DNA of 64,000 nucleotides from Clostridia bacterium (GTDB lineage: Bacteria > Bacillota > Clostridia > UMGS1883), in the NCBI GenBank assembly GCA_045591265.1, contig JAZNSQ010000014.1, positions 1,310 through 65,309 of the forward strand, in the 5' to 3' direction. Below the pieces are notes generated by a model that was not told where the DNA came from, searched no databases, and saw only the letters and a list, made by a program, of their open reading frames with translations. A program made the translations under genes and the position numbers. Shown here piece by piece: positions 28,188-37,708 of this stretch. Within the stretch, counting starts at the first letter, position 1. Every line of letters begins with the position of its first letter.

Positions 28188-29426
28188 TCACCCTTTTCTG
28201 ACAAGGTTATATTGAACTCCATTATAATACGATTCTATAAGAGAAGTAAAGATTACGTAAGGCAACATAAATGATATCCCGTGAAGCGGATTTCCAAAAA
28301 ATGAATACACAATAAAAAGTACCTGAACGTAAATTGAAATACCGCAATTTTTTTTATCCTTGTCGCTGATATATTTGCTGTTTAGTAAAAATTCATATTT
28401 TTTAAACGACTTCGAAAGCGTTACCAGCACCAACGACACAAAGCTTATGAATCCCGCTATTCCCATTTCTGCAAGCACTTGAATAAATGAGTTGTGAGTC
28501 GATACACCATAAGAATCCAAGAGAGCTCCTGCTCCTGCACCTAAAATTGGATTTTGCTTCCATATATCAAATGTGAGACGCCATAGCTCGTAACGTCCGT
28601 TTGACAAATCGCCCGCATCGTCAAGTATATTCATTTTTTCTATAATATTTTGCGCTATTGGACTATATCTGAAAACAAGGAATACTATAATTCCCAAAAC
28701 TATAATTCTAAATATCCTTTTGCTTTTTTTTGCGTCTGAAACAGCATTTCTCCAGAATAAAACGAGCACTGCAAAGCCATTCGCCATAAGAAAACTTCTT
28801 TTCCGTGTCATAAGAAGCGCCAGCACCGAAAGAACCAGCCATAAATATATAGTACTTCTTTTTTCCCCGTTTACCAGATCACTCACTAAAAATGCTATAA
28901 ACAATGAGATGAGAAATGCGTTTATACCCGTTTGTCCTTGAAGTCCGGGATAAGCCCCTCCTTCAAAAAGGTCCTTGTAAATCTTCAACGTATCTCCTGA
29001 GTATAATACTTCCGCTATTTTTAGCATAACATTAGGAAGGACATATGACATAAGAGTGGCTACCACGCAAAGAAAAGAAAAAAAGTATGTAACTTTTACA
29101 AATAGGTTCTGCCAGTTATACTCATTATCAAGAATAATTCTTATTAGGAAGTATGCAATCATAAGATACATAAAACGAAGCGACCCGCCTCTTGAACGCG
29201 TAAGAAGAGTCGACACCACGCCTGAAAGCAAAAAGAAGAACCATTCAAGAGAAAAGGTGGTTTCAAGAGATATCTTGTTTAAAAGCTTCGCAACAACAGG
29301 AATAAACGATAAAAGTATCAGATAATACCCGTTTCCTATTGTCCCGTAAAAAAACATTGTTATTGTAAGAAATACTACAAATAAACTTATACTTATAGTT
29401 GGTTTTGTCATAAAATGCATCTCCAA
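28188..29426 (-). CDS. O-antigen ligase / Wzy-like polytopic membrane protein.
   Basis: It has about 10 predicted TM helices with a large periplasmic loop, a Wzy_C-like pattern, and is the first gene of the glycan cluster. Confidence 0.6.
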   Translation of the reverse strand: MEMHFMTKPTISISLFVVFLTITMFFYGTIGNGYYLILLSFIPVVAKLLNKISLETTFSLEWFFFLLSGVVSTLLTRSRGGSLRFMYLMIAYFLIRIILDNEYNWQNLFVKVTYFFSFLCVVATLMSYVLPNVMLKIAEVLYSGDTLKIYKDLFEGGAYPGLQGQTGINAFLISLFIAFLVSDLVNGEKRSTIYLWLVLSVLALLMTRKRSFLMANGFAVLVLFWRNAVSDAKKSKRIFRIIVLGIIVFLVFRYSPIAQNIIEKMNILDDAGDLSNGRYELWRLTFDIWKQNPILGAGAGALLDSYGVSTHNSFIQVLAEMGIAGFISFVSLVLVTLSKSFKKYEFLLNSKYISDKDKKNCGISIYVQVLFIVYSFFGNPLHGISFMLPYVIFTSLIESYYNGVQYNLVRKG

Positions 29427-29653
29427 TTATTTATTAAATACTGCAGATTTTCTGCATTTGAAATTCGATGTTTTTAAGGTAATACTCATATAAAATTACC
29501 CATAATAAACTTTATCATAGTTTTCCTCTTTTGTCAACGGATTGCGGGTGCGTAAGGCATACCTAATTCTTAAAAAGGTATTTACTAATATTAAAAATTA
29601 TAGTATAATTGTACTAGAGATATATTCTCTATATTAAACAAGGAGGCACTATT

Positions 29654-30178
29654 ATGAAAATCAACATTTTTTTAAGAAAAACCAGTCTTACCGAAGAGCA
29701 AAAAGAAATGCTTGAAAAGAAGGTTAGCAAGTTAGGCAAGTTTTTTGATGATGATGTTTCCTGCGACATAGTTGTAGGCTATCAGCGTGACAAAAAAATT
29801 GTTGAGGTTACAATCCGCAGCAAAAATATGATTTACCGCGCTGAAGAAAGAAATGATGAATTATATAATGCAGCGGACAAAATAGTTGACTCAATTGTTC
29901 GCCAGATCAGGAAAAACAAAACACGCCTTGAAAAAAAGCTTCGCACAGGAGTAATTAAGGAGTTTGATTTTGGCACAGATTCTTTTGAGGACGAAAGCGA
30001 AATCAAGATAGTTAAAACAAAAACGCACTCAATTAAACCGATGAATGCGGAGGAAGCCGTGCTTCAAATGAATATGCTTGGGCACTCTTTCTTTGTTTTC
30101 CTTGATTCAGACTCAAACAATACAAGCATAGTTTACCGCCGTAATGACGGAAACTACGGACTTATTGAAACAAAGTAA
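29654..30178 (+). CDS. hpf: Ribosome hibernation-promoting factor, long form (HPF/RaiA).
   Basis: The N-terminal RaiA domain is followed by a C-terminal dimerisation domain. The protein is 174 aa and has an upstream promoter, TTACTA-16-TATAAT. Confidence 0.85.
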   Translation: MKINIFLRKTSLTEEQKEMLEKKVSKLGKFFDDDVSCDIVVGYQRDKKIVEVTIRSKNMIYRAEERNDELYNAADKIVDSIVRQIRKNKTRLEKKLRTGVIKEFDFGTDSFEDESEIKIVKTKTHSIKPMNAEEAVLQMNMLGHSFFVFLDSDSNNTSIVYRRNDGNYGLIETK

Positions 30179-30744
30179 TGATAAAGATTGATAAAGCCGT
30201 AATCGTAGAAGGAAAATATGACAAAATGCGCCTTGAGAAGGTGTGTGATTGCCCGATATTTACAACCGAGGGTTTTCGGATATTTAAGGATAAGGAAAAG
30301 CGTGAGTTTTTAAAAAAGCTTGCTAAAACACGCGGAATTTTAATTCTTACAGATTCTGACCGTGCAGGGTTTATGATAAGAAATCATATTAAGGGTTTTG
30401 TAGATGAAGGAAGCGTCACAAATGCCTACATTCCTGAAGTTTTCGGAAAGGAAAAAAGAAAAAACACTCCCTCAAAGGAAGGAAAGCTTGGCGTTGAGGG
30501 GATTGATGAAGAAGTCTTGTTAGAGGTTCTTTCCTCCTACGCCTCAAAAAATGAAGAAACTGAAAAAGTAACAAAACGAGATTTATTTGATTTAGGCCTG
30601 TACGGCAAAAAAGAAAGCAAGGCTTTACGCATATCGCTGTGCAAAAAGCTTTCTGTCCCTGCAGGAATTAGTGTTAACTCACTGATAGATGCATTAAACG
30701 CATTAATTACCAAAGATGAATTTTATAAAATGATGGGATTTTGA
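30178..30744 (+). CDS. Toprim-domain protein, RNase M5-like (DUF4093-type).
   Basis: The sequence 'AVIVEGKYDKMRL...ILILTDSDRAGFMIR' is a Toprim acidic motif. Confidence 0.5.
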   Translation: MIKIDKAVIVEGKYDKMRLEKVCDCPIFTTEGFRIFKDKEKREFLKKLAKTRGILILTDSDRAGFMIRNHIKGFVDEGSVTNAYIPEVFGKEKRKNTPSKEGKLGVEGIDEEVLLEVLSSYASKNEETEKVTKRDLFDLGLYGKKESKALRISLCKKLSVPAGISVNSLIDALNALITKDEFYKMMGF

Positions 30745-31421
30745 TTATGCACGAAGGACACAGACAAAGACTGAAACAAAGATTTTTATCGGAAGGATTA
30801 AGCTCTTTTGAAGACCATGAGGTGCTCGAGCTTCTTTTGTTCTACACCATACCTCAGGGAGATACAAACCCGCTTGCACATAGGCTCATTAATCACTTTC
30901 ACACTCTTGACGGGGTATTTGGCGCAGATGTTGAGGAGCTTTGCAAAATTCAGGGGGTAAGAGAACATACTGCAATATTTCTTAAGCTCGTTCCTCAGCT
31001 TTCGCAGTTTTACACAAGCCTTTTTGTAAGAGATAAGAAAATGCTTGTCACAACGCATGACGCAGGCGAATATGTTTCTAAAAAGATAGGTTGCCTCTCA
31101 AATGAGGTATTTGCGCTTATTTGCCTTGACTCTCAAAGGCGTGTGCTTGCATTTGAAATAATTGATGAGGGAACGGTTTCGCAGGCAAATGTTCATCCGA
31201 GAAAAGTTGTTTCCACCGCACTTCGTCACAACAGCGCTGCTGTAATTTTAGCGCACAATCACCCATCGGGCACTATGCAGGCATCGGAAAACGACAGAAT
31301 TTTAACACAAAGGCTTTGCGATGTGCTTGAAGCTGTCGGCATACACGTAATTGACCATATAATTGCCGCAAGCACCGATAAATACTACAGTATGAGTGAC
31401 CATTTTATTATGCCAAATTAA
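30741..31421 (+). CDS. radC: RadC-like JAB/MPN-domain protein (UPF0758).
   Basis: The JAMM motif 'HNHPSG' and an upstream HhH region are present in a 226-aa protein. Confidence 0.85.
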   Translation: MIMHEGHRQRLKQRFLSEGLSSFEDHEVLELLLFYTIPQGDTNPLAHRLINHFHTLDGVFGADVEELCKIQGVREHTAIFLKLVPQLSQFYTSLFVRDKKMLVTTHDAGEYVSKKIGCLSNEVFALICLDSQRRVLAFEIIDEGTVSQANVHPRKVVSTALRHNSAAVILAHNHPSGTMQASENDRILTQRLCDVLEAVGIHVIDHIIAASTDKYYSMSDHFIMPN

Positions 31422-31432
31422 AAAGAAAGGTT

Positions 31433-31879
31433 TTGATTAAGTTGACACTTGAAAATTTGCAAAAAGATATGATTTCGGCCATGAAGGCTAAGGACAAGGT
31501 CCGTAAGGATGTTATTTCATCTCTTATCGCAGCAGTGAAAAAGTATGGAATTGATAACGGAGTGAGAAATGATATAACTGAAGAAATGACAAACTCCGTT
31601 ATATTAAAAGAGCTTAAGCAGGCGAAAGAGCAGATTGATACCTGCCCACAAGACAGAACGGAACTCCTTGAAGCCTTCAAAACAAACTATGCGATTATTG
31701 AAGAATACGCCCCCAAGCTTCTTAACTCTGACGAGGTGCGCGCAATTCTTGTAGAAAAATTTTCTGACGTTTTAAAAACCAAAAACCGCGGAATGATTAT
31801 GAAAGAAGTTATGGCGGAACTTAAAGGAAAAGCAGACGGAAAGGTTATAAGTGAAGTTGTCGGGGAGTTTTTAAAGTAA
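31433..31879 (+). CDS. yqeY: GatB/YqeY-domain protein.
   Basis: The sequence 'LQKDMISAMKAKDKVRKDVISSLIAAVKK' and the 148-aa length fit the family; the start is a TTG. Confidence 0.8.
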   Translation: MIKLTLENLQKDMISAMKAKDKVRKDVISSLIAAVKKYGIDNGVRNDITEEMTNSVILKELKQAKEQIDTCPQDRTELLEAFKTNYAIIEEYAPKLLNSDEVRAILVEKFSDVLKTKNRGMIMKEVMAELKGKADGKVISEVVGEFLK

Positions 31880-32568
31880 TGCATGACATTAAAAAGCACA
31901 TTACCCCAAGGCTTGAGATGATAATTTCGCTTGTTCCCAAAAGCCGTGTTATCTGTGACATTGGCACAGACCACGGCTATATTCCGATTTATCTTGCAAA
32001 GGATAACCGCGCAGAGAGAATTATTGCGTCTGATGTAAATGAGGGTCCTCTTTCTTATGCGCAAAAAAACATTGAAAGCTTTTTAGTAAAAGATAAAGTA
32101 GAAACCCGTCTTTCTGACGGGTTTTCGGGCTTTAAGTACGGCGAGGCTGAAACCTGCATAATTTCAGGTATGGGCGGGGAGCTTATTGCAAAGATTTTAA
32201 AGACAGATATCGGCATTAAAAACTTTGTTCTTCAGCCACAGACGATGCACCGCTATTTAAGAGAATATTTATGTGAAAACGGCTTTGAGATTAAAAAAGA
32301 GGCTATAGCGCGCGAGGATAAAAAGATGTATGTTGCGCTTTTGGCAACTCGCGGAAAAAGCCAAAGTCTTACCGAAACAGAGCTTGAAATAGGGCCGTGC
32401 CTCATTCGCGAAAAACCACCTCTTTTTCATGAATATGTAAAATACAGACTGTATGAAATAGACAGTATCTTAAAGAAAATGGGTGAAGGCGCAAGGGAAA
32501 AAGGCGAAAAATATATATTCCTTAAAAACGAATACGAAAAGCTTATTGAGGATGATAAAAATGATTAA
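31879..32568 (+). CDS. trmK: tRNA (adenine22-N1)-methyltransferase TrmK (class I SAM methyltransferase).
   Basis: The sequence is 'VICDIGTDHGYIPIYLAK...IIASDVNEGPL'. Confidence 0.8.
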   Translation: MHDIKKHITPRLEMIISLVPKSRVICDIGTDHGYIPIYLAKDNRAERIIASDVNEGPLSYAQKNIESFLVKDKVETRLSDGFSGFKYGEAETCIISGMGGELIAKILKTDIGIKNFVLQPQTMHRYLREYLCENGFEIKKEAIAREDKKMYVALLATRGKSQSLTETELEIGPCLIREKPPLFHEYVKYRLYEIDSILKKMGEGAREKGEKYIFLKNEYEKLIEDDKND

Positions 32569-33340
32569 ACTTTCAGAAATTATAAACTATCTTGAAGAAA
32601 AATTCCCTAAAGAATATGCGGAGGACTTTGACAATATCGGGCTTCTTATAGGAAAAAGTGAAAAAGAGGTGAAGGGCATTCTTATTTCGCTTGATTTTTC
32701 TTATGAAGCGGTTTGTGAGGCAAAGGAAAAGGGGGCTAATGTTATTATTACCCACCACCCTGCAATTTTTAATCCGATAAAAGAAATTACTGATAAAACA
32801 CAGTTGGGGAAAGCAATTATTCTCGCGATTGAAAATGGAATTTCTATCTACAGCGTGCACACAAACCTTGACAGTGCGCCGGGAGGACTTACCGACCTTA
32901 TCGCTTCAAAGCTCAATCTCTGTGCTTTTGAAAATATCGAGGGAAACCTTGGAAGAATATGCACAGCGCCCGAGGGTGAAACCATAAAAACTCTCTGTGC
33001 AAAAATTAAAAAAGAGCTTGGCGTAAGCAACCTCTTCTCAACTGCAAAATGTGACAGACCAATCAAAACTGTTGCGCTTTGTAACGGCGGTGGCGGTGGT
33101 GAGCTTGTAGATAGGGTGATTGGCAGATGCGATGTTTACATTTCGGGGGACTTAAAGCATCACGAGCATCTGGCGTTTTCGTGTGCTAAAACTGATTTTA
33201 TCGAAATACGCCATTTTGACAGTGAAGTACCCGTATGCAAGCTTCTTTGTAATTTGCTAAAAGAAAAGTTTGGCAAAGAGCTGATATGCCACATTTCCTC
33301 TTCTCAAAACCCCATTATTGACACAGATTTAATAGTATGA
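32561..33340 (+). CDS. Nif3-family dinuclear metal-centre protein (YqfO-like).
   Basis: The N-terminus 'MIKLSEIINYLEEKFPKEYAEDFDNIGLL...ITHHP' fits Nif3. The start was set at the ATG at 32561, which overlaps the trmK end; the ORF track begins at 32483. Confidence 0.8.
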   Translation: MIKLSEIINYLEEKFPKEYAEDFDNIGLLIGKSEKEVKGILISLDFSYEAVCEAKEKGANVIITHHPAIFNPIKEITDKTQLGKAIILAIENGISIYSVHTNLDSAPGGLTDLIASKLNLCAFENIEGNLGRICTAPEGETIKTLCAKIKKELGVSNLFSTAKCDRPIKTVALCNGGGGGELVDRVIGRCDVYISGDLKHHEHLAFSCAKTDFIEIRHFDSEVPVCKLLCNLLKEKFGKELICHISSSQNPIIDTDLIV

Positions 33341-33351
33341 TAAAATGCTTA

Positions 33352-33699
33352 CGAGTAATCCGAGCGGTCGCGGGAGATTAATCTCACGAGGAAAGTCCGA
33401 GCTACGAAGGACAGGGTGCCGGAGAAATCCCGGTGGAGGCGACTCTAAGGAAAGTGCAACAGAAATAAACCGCCGATGCTTTTGTATCGGTAAGGGTGGA
33501 AAGGTGAGGTAAGAGCTCACCGACATTGCGGTAACGCTTTGTGCCATGTAAACCCCACCTGTAGCAACGCCGAATAGATTGGCTTGTCCGGCCTATAATC
33601 TGACGGGCGGCTTGAGCTGTGTAGAGATATACAGCCTAGATAGATGACCGCTTCGGGGAATTTTCCCTATGACTGAACTCGGCTTACAGGATTACTCAT
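33352..33699 (+). ncRNA. rnpB: RNase P RNA, bacterial type A.
   Basis: The conserved 'GAGGAAAGTCCGAGCTACGAAGGACAGGGTGCC', 'GTGCAACAGAAATAAACCGCCGATG' and 'ACAGCCTAGATAGATGACCG' elements are present. The P1 stem pairs GAGTAATCCGAGC at the 5' end with GCTCGG...GGATTACTC at the 3' end. Confidence 0.85.
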
Positions 33700-33711
33700 A
33701 TTAAAAAAAGA

Positions 33712-33745
33712 AAGTGGATGTAATTTTTTACATCCACTTTTTAAT
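33712..33745. terminator. Bidirectional intrinsic terminator between rnpB and the convergent gene.
   Basis: The hairpin 'aagtggatgtaattttttacatccactt' is flanked by an A-run and a T-run. Confidence 0.7.
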
Positions 33746-34922
33746 TTATTGTATATACAAATCCGTCTGTTTCTAAAACCACTGTGCCTAAGATATCTGT
33801 TCTGTAAACATTTATATTATTTTTATCAAAAAGTTCAAGAACAGATGGAGACGGAAAATCATACGGATTATCTTTTCCTACGGATATAACCACGCTTTCA
33901 GGTGATACCTCATTTATATACATATCCGTACTTGAGGAGTCACTTCCGTGATGCCCTGCCTTTAAGACGTCACTATCAAGGTCAAGGTTTTTTTCTAACA
34001 TATCAAGCTCACTGTCAATTTCAGCATCGGCGGAAAAAAGGATTTCTGTTTCACCGTAAGTAAGCTTTAAAACAAGAGAATGATTATTCATTCTTTCATA
34101 ATCATTTCTGACCGGTGCAAGCACAGTGCACTTTGCATCTTCATCAAATAAAACGTCTCCTGATTTTGCGTAGTTTGTCTTTATCTTTTTTTCTTGAAGA
34201 AGTGAAATCATATTTTCAAAGGTTTGAGAGGTATGAGTTTTTTTCGGCATATAAAAGTGCCCTATTTCAAAGCTTTTTAAAATTTCACTCATTCCGCCAA
34301 TATGGTCCGCATGAGGGTGCGTTGCAATAACTGTGTCGATTTTTTCATAGCCGAGCTTTTTTATAAAGCTAACAAGCTCTTTCCCGAAATCCGCAGTCCC
34401 TGCATCTATGAGCATACATTTACTGTCGGGAAGCTCTATAAAAGAGGAGTCAGCCTGCCCGGCATATAAAAAATGCACCTTTAGAGGATTCTTCCCTGAA
34501 ATATTAATTATTCCCCTTTTTCCGTCAAAAGACACAGTTTTTCCAAAGCTTTCCGCCACTGCACGAAGTGGAACAAACATTTTGTCTTTCACTATAAAAG
34601 GGGAAGTATCAAGCTTTATTTCTTCTCCATTTACAGTTATACTTTCTTTCCCGTGGGAAAATTCAACAACTGTTTCTTCGTTTTTAGCAATCGCAATATT
34701 TTTTTCACTGTCCCATAAAATTTCTGCACCAAGTACATCCCCTACAGCGCGGAGAGGGACAAGCGTTCTGCCATTATGGATAAAAGGAGAGTCTTGCACT
34801 TCTACCTTTTTTCCATCTATAAAAATGTCTATACCAAAAGTGGCGTATGCGCAATACGACACCATAAAAGTTATAATTGCAAATATTACTAAAAAGGTAA
34901 TGCTTTTTTTACCAAACATCAT
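33741..34922 (-). CDS. Secreted/membrane-anchored protein with copper-amine-oxidase-like N-terminal repeats and a metallo-beta-lactamase fold.
   Basis: The 'VPLRAV' stalk repeat occurs twice. The MBL motif 'THPHADHIGG' and a later 'GHHGS' are present. Confidence 0.7.
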   Translation of the reverse strand: MMFGKKSITFLVIFAIITFMVSYCAYATFGIDIFIDGKKVEVQDSPFIHNGRTLVPLRAVGDVLGAEILWDSEKNIAIAKNEETVVEFSHGKESITVNGEEIKLDTSPFIVKDKMFVPLRAVAESFGKTVSFDGKRGIINISGKNPLKVHFLYAGQADSSFIELPDSKCMLIDAGTADFGKELVSFIKKLGYEKIDTVIATHPHADHIGGMSEILKSFEIGHFYMPKKTHTSQTFENMISLLQEKKIKTNYAKSGDVLFDEDAKCTVLAPVRNDYERMNNHSLVLKLTYGETEILFSADAEIDSELDMLEKNLDLDSDVLKAGHHGSDSSSTDMYINEVSPESVVISVGKDNPYDFPSPSVLELFDKNNINVYRTDILGTVVLETDGFVYTIN

Positions 34923-35865
34923 TATGCTTTTCTCCATTTATAAAAGCCGTTATGTTTTCTGCCGTCATAGATACGCATTTTTTTCTTGCCTCTACAGAGC
35001 TCCACGCAATATGCGGTGTAAAAACCACCTTTGACTTATCCTTTATATTTAAAAGAGGCATATTTTCTTTAGGCGGTTCTTCCGAATATACATCTATCCC
35101 TGCGCCAAAAATTTCTCCCTCATCAAGAGCTTTGGCAAGCGCATTTTCATCTATTACTGCGCCACGGCTCACATTTATAATAACAGCGCTTTTTTTCATC
35201 ATTTTAAGCTCATTTTCTCCGATATAGTGAAACGCATTTTCGTTAAGCGGGGTTGAAAGGGTTATTATATCGCACTCTTTTAAAAGGGTTTCTTTTGAAA
35301 CGCACGGGTAGTCTTCTTCTCTTTTCGTGCCGCTTATAGAGCTATAGCAAACCTCTGCCCCAAAGGCAGCTGCCGCTTTTGCCGTAGCGCGCCCTATTGC
35401 GCCCAGTCCAACTATTCCCCACTTTTTGCCTGCAATTTCATTAAACACTTTCCCCATATGGTTTGCAACGCCTGATTTTGAGTAAAGTCCATCCTTTACG
35501 TAATCGTCATAATAGCGTATGTTTTCCATTAATGAAAATAAAAGTGCAAATGTATGCTGGCACACACTTTCAACGCAGTAACCCGGAACATTTCTTACTA
35601 AAATACCCCGCGCCTTGCAAAATTCTATATCGACATTATTAAAGCCTATCGCAAAAAGACAAATAAGCTTTAAATTCTTTGCGCATTTTAAGATATTTTC
35701 CCCAAGCTGCACTTTATTTATGATAACTACATCCGCATCTTTTATTCGCGCGGCACACTCATTTTCATTTGTTGTGGGGTAGATTTCACAATCCCCAAGG
35801 CGTGTAATGGGTGAGAAATCAATATCCTCACCCATTGTTTTTGCATCTAAAATAACTATTTTCAT
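34909..35865 (-). CDS. D-isomer-specific 2-hydroxyacid dehydrogenase (glycerate/hydroxypyruvate reductase family).
   Basis: The NAD-binding motif 'GIVGLGAIGRATAK' and the catalytic R/E/H pattern are present in a 318-aa protein. Confidence 0.8.
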   Translation of the reverse strand: MKIVILDAKTMGEDIDFSPITRLGDCEIYPTTNENECAARIKDADVVIINKVQLGENILKCAKNLKLICLFAIGFNNVDIEFCKARGILVRNVPGYCVESVCQHTFALLFSLMENIRYYDDYVKDGLYSKSGVANHMGKVFNEIAGKKWGIVGLGAIGRATAKAAAAFGAEVCYSSISGTKREEDYPCVSKETLLKECDIITLSTPLNENAFHYIGENELKMMKKSAVIINVSRGAVIDENALAKALDEGEIFGAGIDVYSEEPPKENMPLLNIKDKSKVVFTPHIAWSSVEARKKCVSMTAENITAFINGEKHNDVW

Positions 35866-36738
35866 TTAATTATCCTCAAGCTTTTTAAGTTCTTTCATAT
35901 CGACATCCAAACTACCTTGTGCTCTCGCAGTTTTGATAATCTGAAGCTCTTTTGCCGAAAACTCTGCAATCTGGGTTTCAAGCTCGTCTTCAAGCTTAAC
36001 TCTTACAAGTCCGCTGAAAGGAACTGTGCTTAAAACCGTTCCCTTTCCTTTTGGTGTGGAAACAAGCGAACCAACAGAGGGCATACATTTAGAAAACTCA
36101 TCATAACAGTTTTGCTCATACTTAAGGCAACACATAAGTCTTCCGCAGTTACCTGATATCTTTGCGGGGTTAAGACTTAAACCCTGCTCCTTTGCCATTT
36201 TAATTGAAACGGGGTGAAATCCGCCAAGAAATGAAGAACAACAAAGTCCGCGTCCGCATATGCCTAGGCCACCAAGCATCTTCGCTTCATCTCTTATACC
36301 TATCTGGCGAAGCTCAATTCTTGTGCGGAAAACAGATGCAAGGTCCTTTACAAGCTCACGGAAATCAACCCTTCCTTCCGATGTAAAATAAAAGAGAATT
36401 TTATTTGCATCAAAGGTATATTCAACGTCAACAAGCTTCATATCGAGCTTGTGCTTGGAAATTTTCTCTTCACAGATGACAAAAGCTTCTTTTTCTTTTT
36501 CTCTATTTTTTTCAAGCTGAATTTCGTCCTCTTTTGTGGCAATTCTCACAATTTCTTTAAGCGGAGATACAATTTCCCCCTCATCCACTTCTGTAAGAGG
36601 AATTGTAACCTTACCGTATTCAAGACCGCGTGCTGTTTCAACAATTACTGCCTGCCCGACAGACGGGGTTAATTTGCCGGGTGCAAAGTAATATGCCTTG
36701 CCTGCATCTTTAAATTTAATTCCTACTACTTTTACCAT
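35866..36738 (-). CDS. ricT: PSP1-domain protein RicT/YaaT (regulatory Fe-S complex subunit; stage 0 sporulation family).
   Basis: The Cys cluster 'GICGRGLCCSSFL...NCGRLMCCL' sits in a PSP1 C-terminal domain. It is adjacent to holB, as in Bacillus. Confidence 0.8.
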   Translation of the reverse strand: MVKVVGIKFKDAGKAYYFAPGKLTPSVGQAVIVETARGLEYGKVTIPLTEVDEGEIVSPLKEIVRIATKEDEIQLEKNREKEKEAFVICEEKISKHKLDMKLVDVEYTFDANKILFYFTSEGRVDFRELVKDLASVFRTRIELRQIGIRDEAKMLGGLGICGRGLCCSSFLGGFHPVSIKMAKEQGLSLNPAKISGNCGRLMCCLKYEQNCYDEFSKCMPSVGSLVSTPKGKGTVLSTVPFSGLVRVKLEDELETQIAEFSAKELQIIKTARAQGSLDVDMKELKKLEDN

Positions 36739-37708
36739 GTATATCCTCCCAACAGTTTATAAGCATATCCACAATCCATAAATCATATTTCATGGATGCA
36801 TTAAGTTGCTTTTTCGTATTTAAGGCTCTTTCTGTTATGGTTATTGCCATTGTAAGCGTTACCTTTGAAGAAAAATCCTCAATCATTTTTTTCATATCAA
36901 CATTTATTATTTCCGTTTGCGTTTTAAGGGCTAAAACGTCACGCATAAAGCTTAGGAAAAGCTCAAATGCAAAATCACTTTTTAAAAAGCCGGATTTATT
37001 CTTTATTCCAAACAGCTCCGCGACATCAAATATCGTGCTTCGCGCACCTGTGAGGCGCGTTATTTTTTCAAACATTTCCTGCCTTTGACTAAAAAAACTT
37101 TCATCCTCACAAATTCTTATTGCCCTGCCTATTACACCGCCTGAATACTTTGCGATAAAGCGTGCTTTTTGTTCATTCTGATTATAAAAACTTGTAAGAT
37201 ATTTAAAAATATCCTCCTCCGAAAAAGCCTCAAACTCTATTTTCACTCCGCGCGAGCGTACAGTTTGTAAAAGGTTACCTGAATTCGAGGAAATAAGGAT
37301 AATAATTGCATATTCAGGCGGTTCTTCAAACGCCTTTAAAAGCGCATTTTGTGCATCCTGCGTTAAATTATCTGCATTTCTTATAATAAATATCTTCTTT
37401 TTTGAAACGGCGGGTCTTATAAAAAGCTCCTCCGTAAGGTTTCTTATATCGTCAACCTTGATTGTTCCTTCCTTATCAATTATATAAAGGTCGGGATGCA
37501 CCCCTGCGCAGTGCTTTTTGCAGTCGGGACAAATACCGCAGGGCTTTTTTTCGCCCGTACAATGAAGTGCCGATGCAAAAAGAAGTGCGGCGGTAAATTT
37601 TCCCACTCCCGTAAGTCCCTCGAAAATGTATGAATGTGCATAATTTTTTTCATAAACACTTTGAAGGAGGCGCCTTGTCGCTTTTTGAGTTGTCAAAAAA
37701 CTTTTCAT
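36716..37708 (-). CDS. holB: DNA polymerase III delta-prime subunit.
   Basis: The AAA+ P-loop 'GLTGVGKFTAA' and the Zn module 'CGICPDCKKHCAG' are present in a 330-aa protein. Confidence 0.85.
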   Translation of the reverse strand: MKSFLTTQKATRRLLQSVYEKNYAHSYIFEGLTGVGKFTAALLFASALHCTGEKKPCGICPDCKKHCAGVHPDLYIIDKEGTIKVDDIRNLTEELFIRPAVSKKKIFIIRNADNLTQDAQNALLKAFEEPPEYAIIILISSNSGNLLQTVRSRGVKIEFEAFSEEDIFKYLTSFYNQNEQKARFIAKYSGGVIGRAIRICEDESFFSQRQEMFEKITRLTGARSTIFDVAELFGIKNKSGFLKSDFAFELFLSFMRDVLALKTQTEIINVDMKKMIEDFSSKVTLTMAITITERALNTKKQLNASMKYDLWIVDMLINCWEDIHGKSSRN

